NCBI GenBank assembly: GCA_000004985.1
Contig: GG738877.1
From: Naegleria gruberi
Taxonomy: Eukaryota
Length of the DNA stretch: 64,000 nucleotides
Reading direction: 5' to 3' (one strand)
In this document: positions 1-10,579 of the stretch, one piece after another
How the letters are laid out: every line of letters starts with the position of its first letter
Position numbering within the stretch: the stretch's first letter is position 1
Program-made: the position numbers and the translations under genes
The notes under the pieces: generated by a model
Told to the model about the DNA's origin: nothing
Databases searched by the model: none
Seen by the model: the letters and a program-made list of their open reading frames with translations, nothing else

Positions 1-1058
1 CTAGCAGAGTGAACAATAATTCTCACCAAAGTATAGGCACACAGAGCAGTAGCTAATATAATTGTAACACCCAATCTCAAATGTCTAATTGCAAACCATT
101 TGAATGGAACATAAACTTGTTCATCAGAGTAACCTAGAGCTCCATCTTCACTACCTGTCCACAAAGTTCTGATATATGTATTAAATCTGACTGACATTGT
201 TCTAATTGGTTTTAAGAATCTAATTTGCAACAGGGATGGAATCAGTAAAACAAAAACTGCAAAACAGCTCTCTAAAAAGTAAACCAATGTGAAAATGATA
301 TAGTCAATATAAATCTTGGCATCAACATTCTCGAAAATATTACAATTAATACCAAATCTCTGTTGCTTTTCACAATAGCACATGATGAGATTAGGAATAT
401 CGAAATATAAATTCGATCGGTAAGGGAATGATAATGGTGTTGCTGCCTCTGTTCCACAAATTGAGGTGGTACTAACTTGTGAGCTGGTCATCAACTTTTC
501 CTCAACATCTCTCCTAATGAATGGACAAGCTTGAGGATCCCACACACGACTTCTCAATGTATCATTATTATATCCACAATATTTGCAGTACATATCCGAA
601 AATCCTCCATTTCTCGTGGCATCCTCTCTCCAAAACAAGTAACTGCCAGCATAATCATCAGAAGGTCGAGGACAGAAATAATATTCACACATTTGATCGA
701 TGCTAATTGAACCACCACCAAATGAGAAAGTTTTCACATATTCACAAATATCTCTACTCCCACTCGTGAAATACATGATAGTATCGGCAAAATTATGATA
801 ATCTCCCGAAATGAATAAGAAAGTATCGATATAGACCTTATTAAAGCAAGGATAAGGTGTCGTATTGTTTTCACATGGTTCCACAAATATATCTGGAGAG
901 AAATAGATTGAATTATTATTTAAAGTTTGATTCACTGATAGATAAAATTGTCTTTTTGAAAGTAGTGTTGAATTTTGTGAAATGACAGGTGAATAATTCC
1001 AAACAAATAACAAGACAACAAGTAGTATTGAAATGTTTTTAACAAGAATGTATGACAT
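1..1058 (-). CDS. Partial CDS (3' end beyond window start): secreted/multi-pass membrane protein with a Cys-rich lumenal domain followed by TM helices
   Basis: Continuous minus-strand ORF from ATG at 1058-1056 to position 1 with no stop (>352 aa). It is absent from the ORF track because it has no in-window stop. The N-terminus MSYILVKNISILLVVLLFVWNYSPVISQ looks like a signal peptide. Multiple N-glyc sites and Cys pairs follow, then hydrophobic segments (IDYIIFTLVYFLESCFAVFVLLIPSLL; LGVTIILATALCAYTLVRIIV) typical of a polytopic membrane protein. This may be a Lung_7TM_R/GOST-like receptor, but the family is not established. Confidence 0.6.
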   Translation of the reverse strand, partial: MSYILVKNISILLVVLLFVWNYSPVISQNSTLLSKRQFYLSVNQTLNNNSIYFSPDIFVEPCENNTTPYPCFNKVYIDTFLFISGDYHNFADTIMYFTSGSRDICEYVKTFSFGGGSISIDQMCEYYFCPRPSDDYAGSYLFWREDATRNGGFSDMYCKYCGYNNDTLRSRVWDPQACPFIRRDVEEKLMTSSQVSTTSICGTEAATPLSFPYRSNLYFDIPNLIMCYCEKQQRFGINCNIFENVDAKIYIDYIIFTLVYFLESCFAVFVLLIPSLLQIRFLKPIRTMSVRFNTYIRTLWTGSEDGALGYSDEQVYVPFKWFAIRHLRLGVTIILATALCAYTLVRIIVHSA

Positions 1059-1617
1059 GTTTGCAACGGAGAGGAAATTATACTTCTCTATGATGAACTA
1101 GTTATTAAATTGATAAACGTCAAAAATCTCCTATTCAGAGATGTGTTTTCAATGTGAGTTTTTGTGTTATTTTTTTCTGGTTGATTGTTGACTGGTGCGG
1201 CTGTTGTGATTTCCAACGAGTGACATGAACGGTTGTAATTTCACATTTAAACAATAACAACACTATTTTCTTGAAAGAAGAAATGTAGAAATGCCATTCA
1301 CGCAACAACTTTCGGATACTATTTTTCACACAACCACTTTACAATGACCCAAATTTTCTTTTGTCTATCATAAACCCGTATGGTCAATTGTTGTTTCATG
1401 TCACAAAGTTTGCACATCCCTTATCAATCTCTCTCAATAATCAACGCACCCTCACTCGAGTAGTTTTTTCACTGCCACTAGTACTGTGCTAAATTGACTT
1501 CAGCAATTTTTTGAAGTTTTTTTGAAGAAAAAAAATCCAACACACGAGTCGGGACCAAATTTTCCTTGTCGGATCATCACAACTTATTATCATCAATTAA
1601 TTGTGTTTGCCAAAGAG

Positions 1618-4600
1618 ATGAATCCTACCGTTCCAGCATCAATTACCAATGCTCAAGAATTGGAGCAAGTTTTGCTCTGTTTGATGGTTCCAGACAGCAA
1701 TATTATTAAACAAGCCGAAGGTGTTGTTAAATTGTTCATGAAACAAAAGGAATGTTTAGTCGGATTTGTTTCTCAGATTAAGGGATCTTCACATATTGGT
1801 GTTAGACAATTGAGCGCAGTCTTGATGCGTTTAAAGTTGAAGAATCATTGGAAGAAAATTGAACAACAAACAAAGGAAGAAATTAAACAAAATCTTTTGG
1901 AAGCCTTGTTGGCTGAAGCTACGTAGGTTTTTATTATAGTTTATAGGTGGATATAATAATAATAATGATGATGATAACTATGGTGTGATGCCAATGTGAT
2001 ACTATGATAACATTAATACTATTACTATTTAACTATTATTTACTATTATTTACTATTATTAATACTATTATTATTACTATGATACAATGATATTCAATAT
2101 TGTTATCCTTTTTCTATAAAACTTGTTGCATATGCTACTGTATTAACTATATAATGTTAAATTTGGATTTTGAATAACCTCCTAAAAACAAATAACAAAC
2201 TCTACAATATTTGTGAATTTAACAATTAATAACAACAACATTATAATAATAACAAAATAATAACGACAATAATCATACGGACTTGGTATTTGACAAATTA
2301 CTCACTATTGATATTGGAAAATAGTCACCTTGTGAGAACATCATTAATTGAACTCATCGGTGTCTTGTCTTGTTATGAAATTTCGTCGTGGCCAGCACTT
2401 CCACAATTCTTGATGCAATGTGTACAACATGAACAATCTGCTTTTAGAGAACTTGGTGTTTCACTTTTCAACGTCCTTGTTGAAAACAGTCCAGAAGAAA
2501 TGCTTTCAAACTTTAACCAATTGTTGGGAGTTTTACAAAAGAGTTTGGTTGATACTGATTCCAATGTCAGAATTGCTGCTTTGAAGGGTATTCGTAACTT
2601 GGTTTTGGAAATTGAAAGTCCAAATGAAGATGAAGGACCAGCCCAACCAAATGCACAACTCGATGGTGTTATTCAAACTATTCCACAAATTGTTGAAGCT
2701 TTAAAGACTTGTATTGCTGAAGGTAAGGATGAAGAAGCTGCCAACTCCTTTGAAATTTTCGACGAATTGGTTGAACACAAATCAACTGCTTTCGATACCA
2801 TTGTTCCAAACTTGTTAAATTTCATGTTTGAAATTGCCCTTAACACTGATTTGAAGGAAGATTTGAGAGGAAAGGCCACTACATTTGTTGAATGGTGTAT
2901 TTCTTACAAACCAAAGTTGATGATCAAGATTGAAGTTATTCCACACATGTTGAACGTTGCTTTCAAATTGATGAGTGAAACCAATGAAGATGAACTTGAA
3001 GACAGTTATATTGCTGATGATGATGAATTAACTCCATACGATCTTGGTTCCTCAATGATTGATAATGCTGCTGTTGAAATTCCTAGCAAGTATATTTTCA
3101 GAGATATCATTGAAAGAGCTGTTCCATTGTGTCAAAGCGCCAATCTCTTTGAAAGAAGAGCTGGTATTACTGCTTTGGGTGTTGTTGCTGAAGGTTGTCA
3201 AGAACCTGCTAAGGCCAACTTGGAACAAATTATTGCTTTGATTGGTAGTGGTTTCAATGATCAAAGTAAGGTTGTTAGAGCTGCTGCTATTTTGGCTACT
3301 TCAAGCTTGGCTGAATTCTGTCAACCAGAAATTTTGGAACATGCTGACAAGCTTGTTCCTTTCATTATTCACAATCTTGATGACAAGTCATTCGAAATTA
3401 AGGAAAAGTCTGCCTACAGTTTGGACATTTTCACTCAACATATGGAAGGTGAAAAGATCAAGCCATACCTTGAAATGATTTTGCAAAAGTTCTTCTCTAT
3501 TTTGAATAGTAATGATAGAAAGGCTCAAGAAGTTGCTATTGCTGGTATCAGCGCTGCTGCTAATGCTGCTGGTAAATTCTTTGAACCATACTTTAATCAA
3601 TTCATTGTCATGATGAAGCAATTGATGGAAGCTGAAGGAAGTGACATTTTGGTCATGAAATCCAGAGCTACTGAATGTGTTGGTATTATTGCTTTCGCTG
3701 TTGGTAAGCAAGTTTTCGCTCCATATGTTCAACCATTCATGCAATTGGCCTTTGCTAACCTTCAAAAGAATAATACTTCTGAATTCAAGGAATATACCTT
3801 CATGTTCTTTGAAAGTATGGCCATGACTTTGGGTCAAGATTTCCTTCCATACCTCGAAAGTGTTGCCACTTATGTTATTGAACAAGTTTGTGCTGATGAT
3901 AACATTTTCGATGTTGAAGGTACTCAAGGAAACTCTATTGAATCATATGGTGCCAATTTGGCTGATGATGGTGATTCTGAAGATATTGATGAAGAAGATG
4001 ATGATGATATGGGTGGTTTCGATGGTTCTAACTATAAGCTCACTGTTAGAACTTCTGCTTTGGATGAAAGAACTGCTGCCATTTCTGCTGCTTGTCAAAT
4101 TGCTAAGGCTGTTGGTCCACACTTTGGTAAATATCTCCACCAAACTGTTGACGCTGTTGTTGGTTATGCTGACCACTTCCACTATTCCATTAGAAGACAA
4201 ACTATGACTTCTATCAGAAATCTTATCTATGCTGCTGTTCCAACTCTTGAAAATCAAGTTGACAATCAAGAACTCAACGAAGATCAATTAATTGTTGTTA
4301 ACAAGGTTTTGGACGTTTTGGTCAAGATTTTGACTACTGAAGAAGATAAGGAAACTGTTGCCAGATCATGTGAAAGTATTATTGAAATTTCTCACAAGTT
4401 TGGTCTCCTTGTTTTGGGTAGACATATTACTGAAATCATGGATGGTGTTATTCAACTTCTCAGAAATAACACTCCATGTAACAGTTCTGAAATGGAAGAT
4501 GAAAGTGATCACGACATTGTCCTCATTGACGTTGTTGCTGACATTGTTGACACTGTTGCTGGTCTCTTGGGTCCATCCTTTGCTCCATTCTTTGAAAAGG

Positions 4601-5271
4601 TTTTCCCAGATTTGATGAAGTACTTGCAACCAACTAGACCTGTTGGTGACAGAATTATGGCTTTGGGTACCATTTGTGAAAGTTTCAACTCTCTCCAAGA
4701 ACACATGAAGCCATACGTTCAACATGTCTTGCCAATTATTTTGAATACTATCAGAGATGATAACTACAATGTCAAGAGAAACTCAATCTATGGTGTTGGT
4801 GTTGTCGGTTTCTTCAATAAGGATGAAGTCCAACCACACATGATGAAGGTTTTGGGTGCTTTGCATCCAATCTTTGTTGAAAAGAGCAAGCATCATCCAG
4901 CTGTTGTTGATAATGCTTGTGGTGCTATTGCTAGATTTATTGCTTGTGGAATTCAAATGCCACTCGATCAAGTTTTGCCAGTCTTTTTAGAAGCCATGCC
5001 ATTGAGAGAAGATCACGAAGAAGCTCCAATTTGTTACACTGCTCTCTCCATGTTACTCGAAAATCCAACTCCAATTGCTTCAGTTTTACCAAAGGTCTTC
5101 CAAAAACTTGTAGAAGGTTTGTCCTTACCAGTTGAAAAGCTCAAGGATAAGCAAAAGCAAGGCATTGTTGAAAGTATCAGAAAATTCTCTCAACAATATC
5201 CACAACAAATCCAACAAATGATTTCAACTCTCTCATCTCAAGAACAACAAGCTCTTCAACAAATCCTTTAA
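1618..5271 (+). CDS. Importin-beta3 / karyopherin Kap121-IPO5-like, 2 exons: 1618..1922 and 2325..5271
   Basis: Exon 2 is the 993-aa ORF 2290..5271. It contains HEAT repeats and an acidic DDGDSEDIDEEDDDD insertion typical of IPO5/Pse1. Exon 1 encodes the importin N-terminal (IBN_N) region. This runs MNPTVPASITNAQELEQVLLCLMVPDSNIIKQAEG...SAVLMRLKL...LLEALLAEA and ends at GCTAC|GTAGGT. The join into ..aaaatag|TCACCTTGTG (phase 2, giving Thr) runs EALLAEAT-HLVRTSLIELIGV, which is collinear with Pse1. The intron is about 400 nt and contains a microsatellite. The alternative upstream ATG at 1522 is less likely. Confidence 0.8.
2010..2095. repeat. Simple tandem repeat (TACTATTATT-like units) inside the importin intron
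   Basis: actattactatttaactattatttactattatttactattattaatactattattattactatg is visible directly. It is flanked by an (AATAAT)n/(GAT)n run at about 1955-1978. Confidence 0.6.
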
Positions 5272-5960
5272 TTTATTCCAAATGTCTAACCAGATGATTC
5301 ACTGAACTGTATCATTAAAACAGCCTTCTCTCAAGTAAATAATAAAATCATTAAAATTTCTCAAACTCTTGCTCAATAATTTCCAAACCAATAAACCGAA
5401 TTTTTACTAAGGGAAAAAAATGAATCCACACCAACGACCAACACCAACAAGAACTTCTGTTTCTCTACAAGCAGAACAAGAATTAATGAAATCCATTCAG
5501 AAATTAAGGTTATCTGCTAGGGGAGATAGAATTAAAAACAAACAGGAAAGAATTCATTAAGAGAGTGCACCACGGATTCCATTTATTCGAAACAACAGTT
5601 GGTTCCAACTCCATCCATATTTCAACTGCAGCCACGGAATCCTTTCCAATCATTTTCTTCTTTTTAGGTGCCTTGCAATCACAACAACAAACCTAAAAAA
5701 ACAACAATAAACCTCATCAATGCTCTTCTATACGACTAAAAGAAACTTTATTCAATCCACCAATCAAGCCCTCCTCAAGGTTCAACAAAAGAGTAAAAGT
5801 GTTGTTTCCTCTGCTGCAAGATTGCACGCAAAGAGCTGCCCATGCAAGAATTGCCAACAAGTAATCTCCATCAAGTTCTAAGGAGCAAAAAGATGAAATA
5901 AAACCTAATACGAAATATGTATGAGGAGAAAGATCCTTGTATTAATTAAGAGTAATTTAT

Positions 5961-7504
5961 TTAAAAACAAAAAGTAACATCCGAAAGTGGTTTATCTTCT
6001 CTCAACAAGATCTTGTGCATCATCAAACCAAAAGACTTGTAACTAAGGCAGAAGAATGTAAAGTAATCGCCACAATCAATGTGTTGAATGTGATTTTCAT
6101 TAGTGAGACGAATATAGGATTGATCTAAATCCAATTCAGAAACTGTTGTGTTGGTAATTTGTCCAGATATACCTAATTGGCCAAATCTATTAGATCCTGA
6201 AACAAATACTCTCTTTTTTTCACAAACAAGAATTGTATGAGACTCTCCACAAGTGAGATGAGTGATACTGGCTACACTAGATCTTTCATTGATGAATTTC
6301 TCAATTTCAACCATTCTTTGGAATCCTTGTGGTACATTTCCAGCAGTGTAAATTTCACCTCCTGATGTTACAATAGTGATAAATCTGGCACCACTTGCCA
6401 ATTTTGCAATTTTCTGACCTGGTGGACTTTCGAATATCAATGTGCAACTATGAGCACGCTCTGATTCTAGATTATTACCAAATTGACCATTTCTGAAATT
6501 ATTGTAACTAGATTGCCAACAAGTATAAAATAATTACCTATTCATTCCAAAAGCATAAACCTTCTTTTCATCAACAGCCAATGTTGTGTGAAAATATCCA
6601 CATGCTAAATGAGTAATTTCTCCCTTTCCAATAACAGAAGTTAAATCAACATGAGTAAATTCTGGCATTGCAATTGGACGTCCACATTGTTGAAATCTAT
6701 TTTCTCCAACAGCCTGTTAAATAATTTGTCAAATTGAACGTTTTTAAATATTGGTAACACACTTACAAATATTTGATTTTCTGAGGTAACACAAATTGCA
6801 AATGAATGTCCACATTCAAAAAGTCTAATCTTCTTATTTAAAATTTCTTTTGAGGTTACCATTGTAGGTCTCGGAACTGAAATATTTTGAGGAAGAGACA
6901 ATTGACAATCATAATTTCTTCCACAAGCGAATAAAACATTATCTCCCATATATTCACAAATGAAATAAGTGAATGAATGTCCACATTTAACATTCATAAT
7001 TTTCAATGCCTTTGGGCATTCCACAGGAATCTCAATCCGAGTCATTAATGATGAATATGGACAAGTGCTCGATGGAATAGTCAATTGCCCATAAGAATTT
7101 TCACCACATGCATAAATTTCATCATCAATTGTTACAATTACAACAAAATAAGCTCCACACGCTACCAACTTGATTGGTTTTTGAATTTCACCTGAATTCT
7201 TATTATTTCTAACTGGAAGTGGTTTATAGGAATTATCCATTGTTGATAAACCTATTATTTTCATGATCGTTAATTTTCATCATCAATTAAAATATTTAAA
7301 TATTTTGATCAACTTGAGATATTTACCCAATTGTCCTTTTGCATTGTTTCCGAAGGCATAGAGAGCCTTATTAGCTGAACCATTTTGGAGTTGACTATGA
7401 TATAAATTTGATTCATATTGTTGATTGTACTTCTTATCGATCACAACGCCAATTCCTTTCACATTGGTCGATGAGGTATTGTTATTGAATGCTGATTGTC
7501 CCAT
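5961..7504 (-). CDS. RCC1-repeat (regulator of chromosome condensation-like) protein, 4 exons: 7504..7327, 7251..6767, 6713..6538, 6492..5961
   Basis: Repeated Y/F-x-x-G-x-N-x-x-G-Q-L-G motifs: YAFGNNAKGQLG, YACGENSYGQLTIP, FACGRNYDCQLSLP, YAFGMNRNGQFG, FVSGSNRFGQLGI. Introns are 75, 53 and 45 nt. Donors are GTAAAT, GTAAGT and GTAATT; acceptors are ATAG, ACAG and TCAG. Exon phases are consistent. The total is 456 aa. Confidence 0.8.
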
Positions 7505-7552
7505 TTTTTTTTAAATTATAATTATAGTAAATAATATGTTAATTATGATAAT

Positions 7553-9019
7553 TTAATAATTATTATTAAATACAAAACATCCAGTGTAGGCATGTCTGAT
7601 AGGTTCAGTTTTCCTCAATAATGTACGAATGGTATTGGATCTGGTGTTACCAGTTACCAAAGTTACATTTCTAAAGTATTGTTCGAAAATTTCCTTAAAT
7701 TCACCAATTGCCCAATCGATTAATCTATTTTCATCCAATAGGGTGAGGATTTTCATTCCATCTCTTGAACCATCCATTAAAAAGTCTCTAATTATTTCTG
7801 ACTCAGTGGCACTACTCGTATTTGGATGATGTAATTTGCAGTAAATCTTCCAATGCTTTAAGGTGTAGAGAATGAATTGGATGAGTACTCTACTCTTCTT
7901 TTGGTTTTCCTTCTTGTTTCTGGTTCTGAATTCTTTTCTCACACCAACGAACAGATACATCATATCTTGTAACAATCCAATAAAATCATTTCTTTTTTCT
8001 CCAATGCCATTGCTTTTAGAATTATTTCCATGAGCAAAGTTTCTTTCAAATAGATAGTTCAATCTTGTATGCTCATCAAACTTATCCAAAATAGCCATGA
8101 TCTTTGTAATCTCCCCATCAAAACAGGAGAGTAAGTCAATTTTCAAAGGATGATATCTTCCATGTTTTTCACGTCTACAATACTTGTGAATCTTGAGAAT
8201 ACTTTCTGTGATACGAAAATGGGTATCCTTTTCTAATTGCTTTTCAAATATCAACTTCCAGTCTCTGTGCTTATTGACAGACTTGGAGAACCTCTTACTG
8301 TCAAAGAGAATCTTATTCAATTTAGTATTGATATTGTTTTCAAATTGTTCTTCATCGTTTCCTAAGAACACAACTGGGCTATTGATGGATTTCAAAGTGT
8401 AGAGTGTTCTGTATAATCTGTTGAGACTCTTGTTTTGCTCGATATAGGTTTTCATTAGGGACATGTCAGTAAATTCTGTCTTTGGTGTCAACCAGTATGG
8501 AAACAATTTGTTAAGGTCAGAGATTGCACAATTCAAACGATAAAACACCTTTGATGAACTAAATTCACCAATCTTGGTTTGGACTCGTTTTTTGAAATCA
8601 TACTCAAATCTGTTGGTACATTTACCAACCAACAAATCCTTCTTTTTATCTTCTGAATAAGAATCCCATAAACCTTTAAGTCTATTTCCCAGTTTATCAA
8701 AATCACCTGTACGCTTGATGAATTTTCCTCTTTTCTGAACATATTTAATTCGTCTTTCAATATTGTTTCTGATTGAAAGGTATGCCATGGTTGTATAAAA
8801 TTGACTGCTATTCACAATATCCCTCTTATTTTCCAAATCATCAATACTAGATATTCCCAACATGTTCAAACTAATATTCTTACAAATTGTTAAAAATCCT
8901 TTAATACACAAATCATCGACCGATAAATGACACAAAATATCATGCATCACATCGGGAGAAAGCATAGCAAAAGTGCTTCCACCACAAGTGGCAGCAGGGA
9001 CAAGCTCATGTTGACTCAT
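7553..9019 (-). CDS. Hypothetical protein, lineage-specific family A (N-terminal F-box-like motif); tandem paralog of 9087..10514
   Basis: Intronless 488-aa ORF. The N-terminus has DVMHDILCHLSVDDLCIKGFL, which is F-box-like. Shared blocks with its neighbour include LNKLFPYWLT, ILFDSKRFxKSxNKxRxWKLxFxKQLEK, FLFERNxAxG and DFLxDGxRxxM. Confidence 0.7.
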   Translation of the reverse strand: MSQHELVPAATCGGSTFAMLSPDVMHDILCHLSVDDLCIKGFLTICKNISLNMLGISSIDDLENKRDIVNSSQFYTTMAYLSIRNNIERRIKYVQKRGKFIKRTGDFDKLGNRLKGLWDSYSEDKKKDLLVGKCTNRFEYDFKKRVQTKIGEFSSSKVFYRLNCAISDLNKLFPYWLTPKTEFTDMSLMKTYIEQNKSLNRLYRTLYTLKSINSPVVFLGNDEEQFENNINTKLNKILFDSKRFSKSVNKHRDWKLIFEKQLEKDTHFRITESILKIHKYCRREKHGRYHPLKIDLLSCFDGEITKIMAILDKFDEHTRLNYLFERNFAHGNNSKSNGIGEKRNDFIGLLQDMMYLFVGVRKEFRTRNKKENQKKSRVLIQFILYTLKHWKIYCKLHHPNTSSATESEIIRDFLMDGSRDGMKILTLLDENRLIDWAIGEFKEIFEQYFRNVTLVTGNTRSNTIRTLLRKTEPIRHAYTGCFVFNNNY

Positions 9020-9086
9020 TTTTTTTAAAGTTTTTTGTAAACAAGTTCACGGAATGAATACCGAAGAGTTGATATTATGTGTATTT

Positions 9087-10514
9087 TCATTTTCGAATTT
9101 GAGATCTATATCTGTATCTGGGATAGTACTTGATTTTTTTTCTTGCCAAATGCCAACTTCTTTCATTGCCATCAGATGTGGGAAAACAATCCTCAAAGAC
9201 AGTTGGGAATTGTTTGTAAATGTAGGAAAATCCGAGGTTGCTGATGAGTAGGGAAATATTTCTCATTCGAGGTCTTGGACCATCCAATAGGAAATCATTT
9301 AAAATTTCTCTTTCAGAAAAATCAAAATTATTGAGTTTGAAAAATAGTTTCCAATTCTCATAGACAAGCTCTGTAAACTCGACCAGTAAGTTTTGATAAT
9401 CTATTACATCATGGGACGGTTTGTGTCTATCAGGGTGAAGATTGGAAGTAAAATAGAGGACGTGTTGGTGCAGACTCACAAATTGATTGTTGAAATTAAC
9501 TTCTTTTTTCATAGAAGGACCAAGTTCTCCACATGCATAATTTCTCTCAAATAGAAAGAATATTCTTGTTCTCTCATTCATTCCTTTCAAAAGTTCAATA
9601 ATTCTTTTCAGGGGTGATTGGTACATGCGTTCATGAATGGTAATTCTTGACCTATTTGAGATGAGTTTGTTGAATTCTTTTACTAGAGAAACAAACTCGT
9701 GGTGTTTGGTCTTTTCCAACTGTTTCTGGAATACCAACTTCCAATTTCTTTCCTTATTTGAGGATTTCTTAAATCGTTTAGAGTCGAACAGAATCGAATT
9801 GAACTTCTCATCCAAATAAATTTCATAGTATTCTGTTTCTGTATGAGAGATATTACAACTCTTGATATCAAGTAATGCCCTATAAATATTACTAAGGTTA
9901 ATACTTGACTTGATATGTGAAACCATGAGTGCTGTATCAGAAAATTCGCTGTGTGAGGTCAACCAATATGGAAACAATTTGTTGAGCTCTCTAATTGCCC
10001 CAACAAATCTATAAAATAATTTAGAAGTCTTGTAATATGATTCTCCAATAGCAAGTTTTGTAAAATCCATATCCATCATTTCATAATCCAATTCACTCGC
10101 CCTCACTTCTTGAAATTTAATTTCCAATTTTTTCCTAGCCAACTCGGATAATCTCTCCAACACATTCCGAATAGAAAGAAATGTCATAGTTCTATAATAT
10201 TCACTCTGATCAATCAATTCCCTCTTCAATTCAAAATAAGCAAAATCTGATATTCCCAACATGGTCATACAAACTCCTCTTCCAATCTCCAAGAAGGAAC
10301 ACACAACACAATCATCAATCGTCAAGAAGCACAAAATTTGATGGAAAATCTCGGAGGGAAGTTTAGAAAATTGATCATGAATTGGCTTTTCAAATTTGTT
10401 TTTTTTGAATAAATTGAAAGATGAGGAGTGAGATGATTCTTTAGAGATGCAATTGTTTGGTGTATTATTATTTGTGATGAAAGTGATATCTTTTCTCTTC
10501 TTTGAGTTGAGCAT
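9087..10514 (-). CDS. Hypothetical protein, family A paralog 2 (F-box-like N-terminus)
   Basis: Intronless 475-aa ORF. It has LPSEIFHQILCFLTIDDCVVCSFL and the same conserved blocks as 7553..9019, at about 30-35% identity. It is in tandem and on the same strand. Confidence 0.7.
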   Translation of the reverse strand: MLNSKKRKDITFITNNNTPNNCISKESSHSSSFNLFKKNKFEKPIHDQFSKLPSEIFHQILCFLTIDDCVVCSFLEIGRGVCMTMLGISDFAYFELKRELIDQSEYYRTMTFLSIRNVLERLSELARKKLEIKFQEVRASELDYEMMDMDFTKLAIGESYYKTSKLFYRFVGAIRELNKLFPYWLTSHSEFSDTALMVSHIKSSINLSNIYRALLDIKSCNISHTETEYYEIYLDEKFNSILFDSKRFKKSSNKERNWKLVFQKQLEKTKHHEFVSLVKEFNKLISNRSRITIHERMYQSPLKRIIELLKGMNERTRIFFLFERNYACGELGPSMKKEVNFNNQFVSLHQHVLYFTSNLHPDRHKPSHDVIDYQNLLVEFTELVYENWKLFFKLNNFDFSEREILNDFLLDGPRPRMRNISLLISNLGFSYIYKQFPTVFEDCFPTSDGNERSWHLARKKIKYYPRYRYRSQIRK

Positions 10515-10579
10515 TTTTTTCTTTCGAATAATCCTGTGAAAGTTTTATTTAGCAGTATCAATTCTATTCGCTGTGTCTC

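Noticed and set aside
2373-5135. Numerous 60-180-aa ORFs on both strands inside 2290..5271 (e.g. 3388..3927 -, 3860..4207 +, 3943..4287 -, 4366..4725 -)
   Set aside because: They are antisense or out-of-frame shadows within the well-supported importin exon. They have low complexity and no start context.
5420-5560. 46-aa basic ORF (MNPHQRPTPTRTSVSLQAEQELMKSIQKLRLSARGDRIKNKQERIH) in the convergent 3' spacer
   Set aside because: It is too short, lies in a probable 3' UTR overlap zone between importin and the RCC1 gene, and has no recognisable family.
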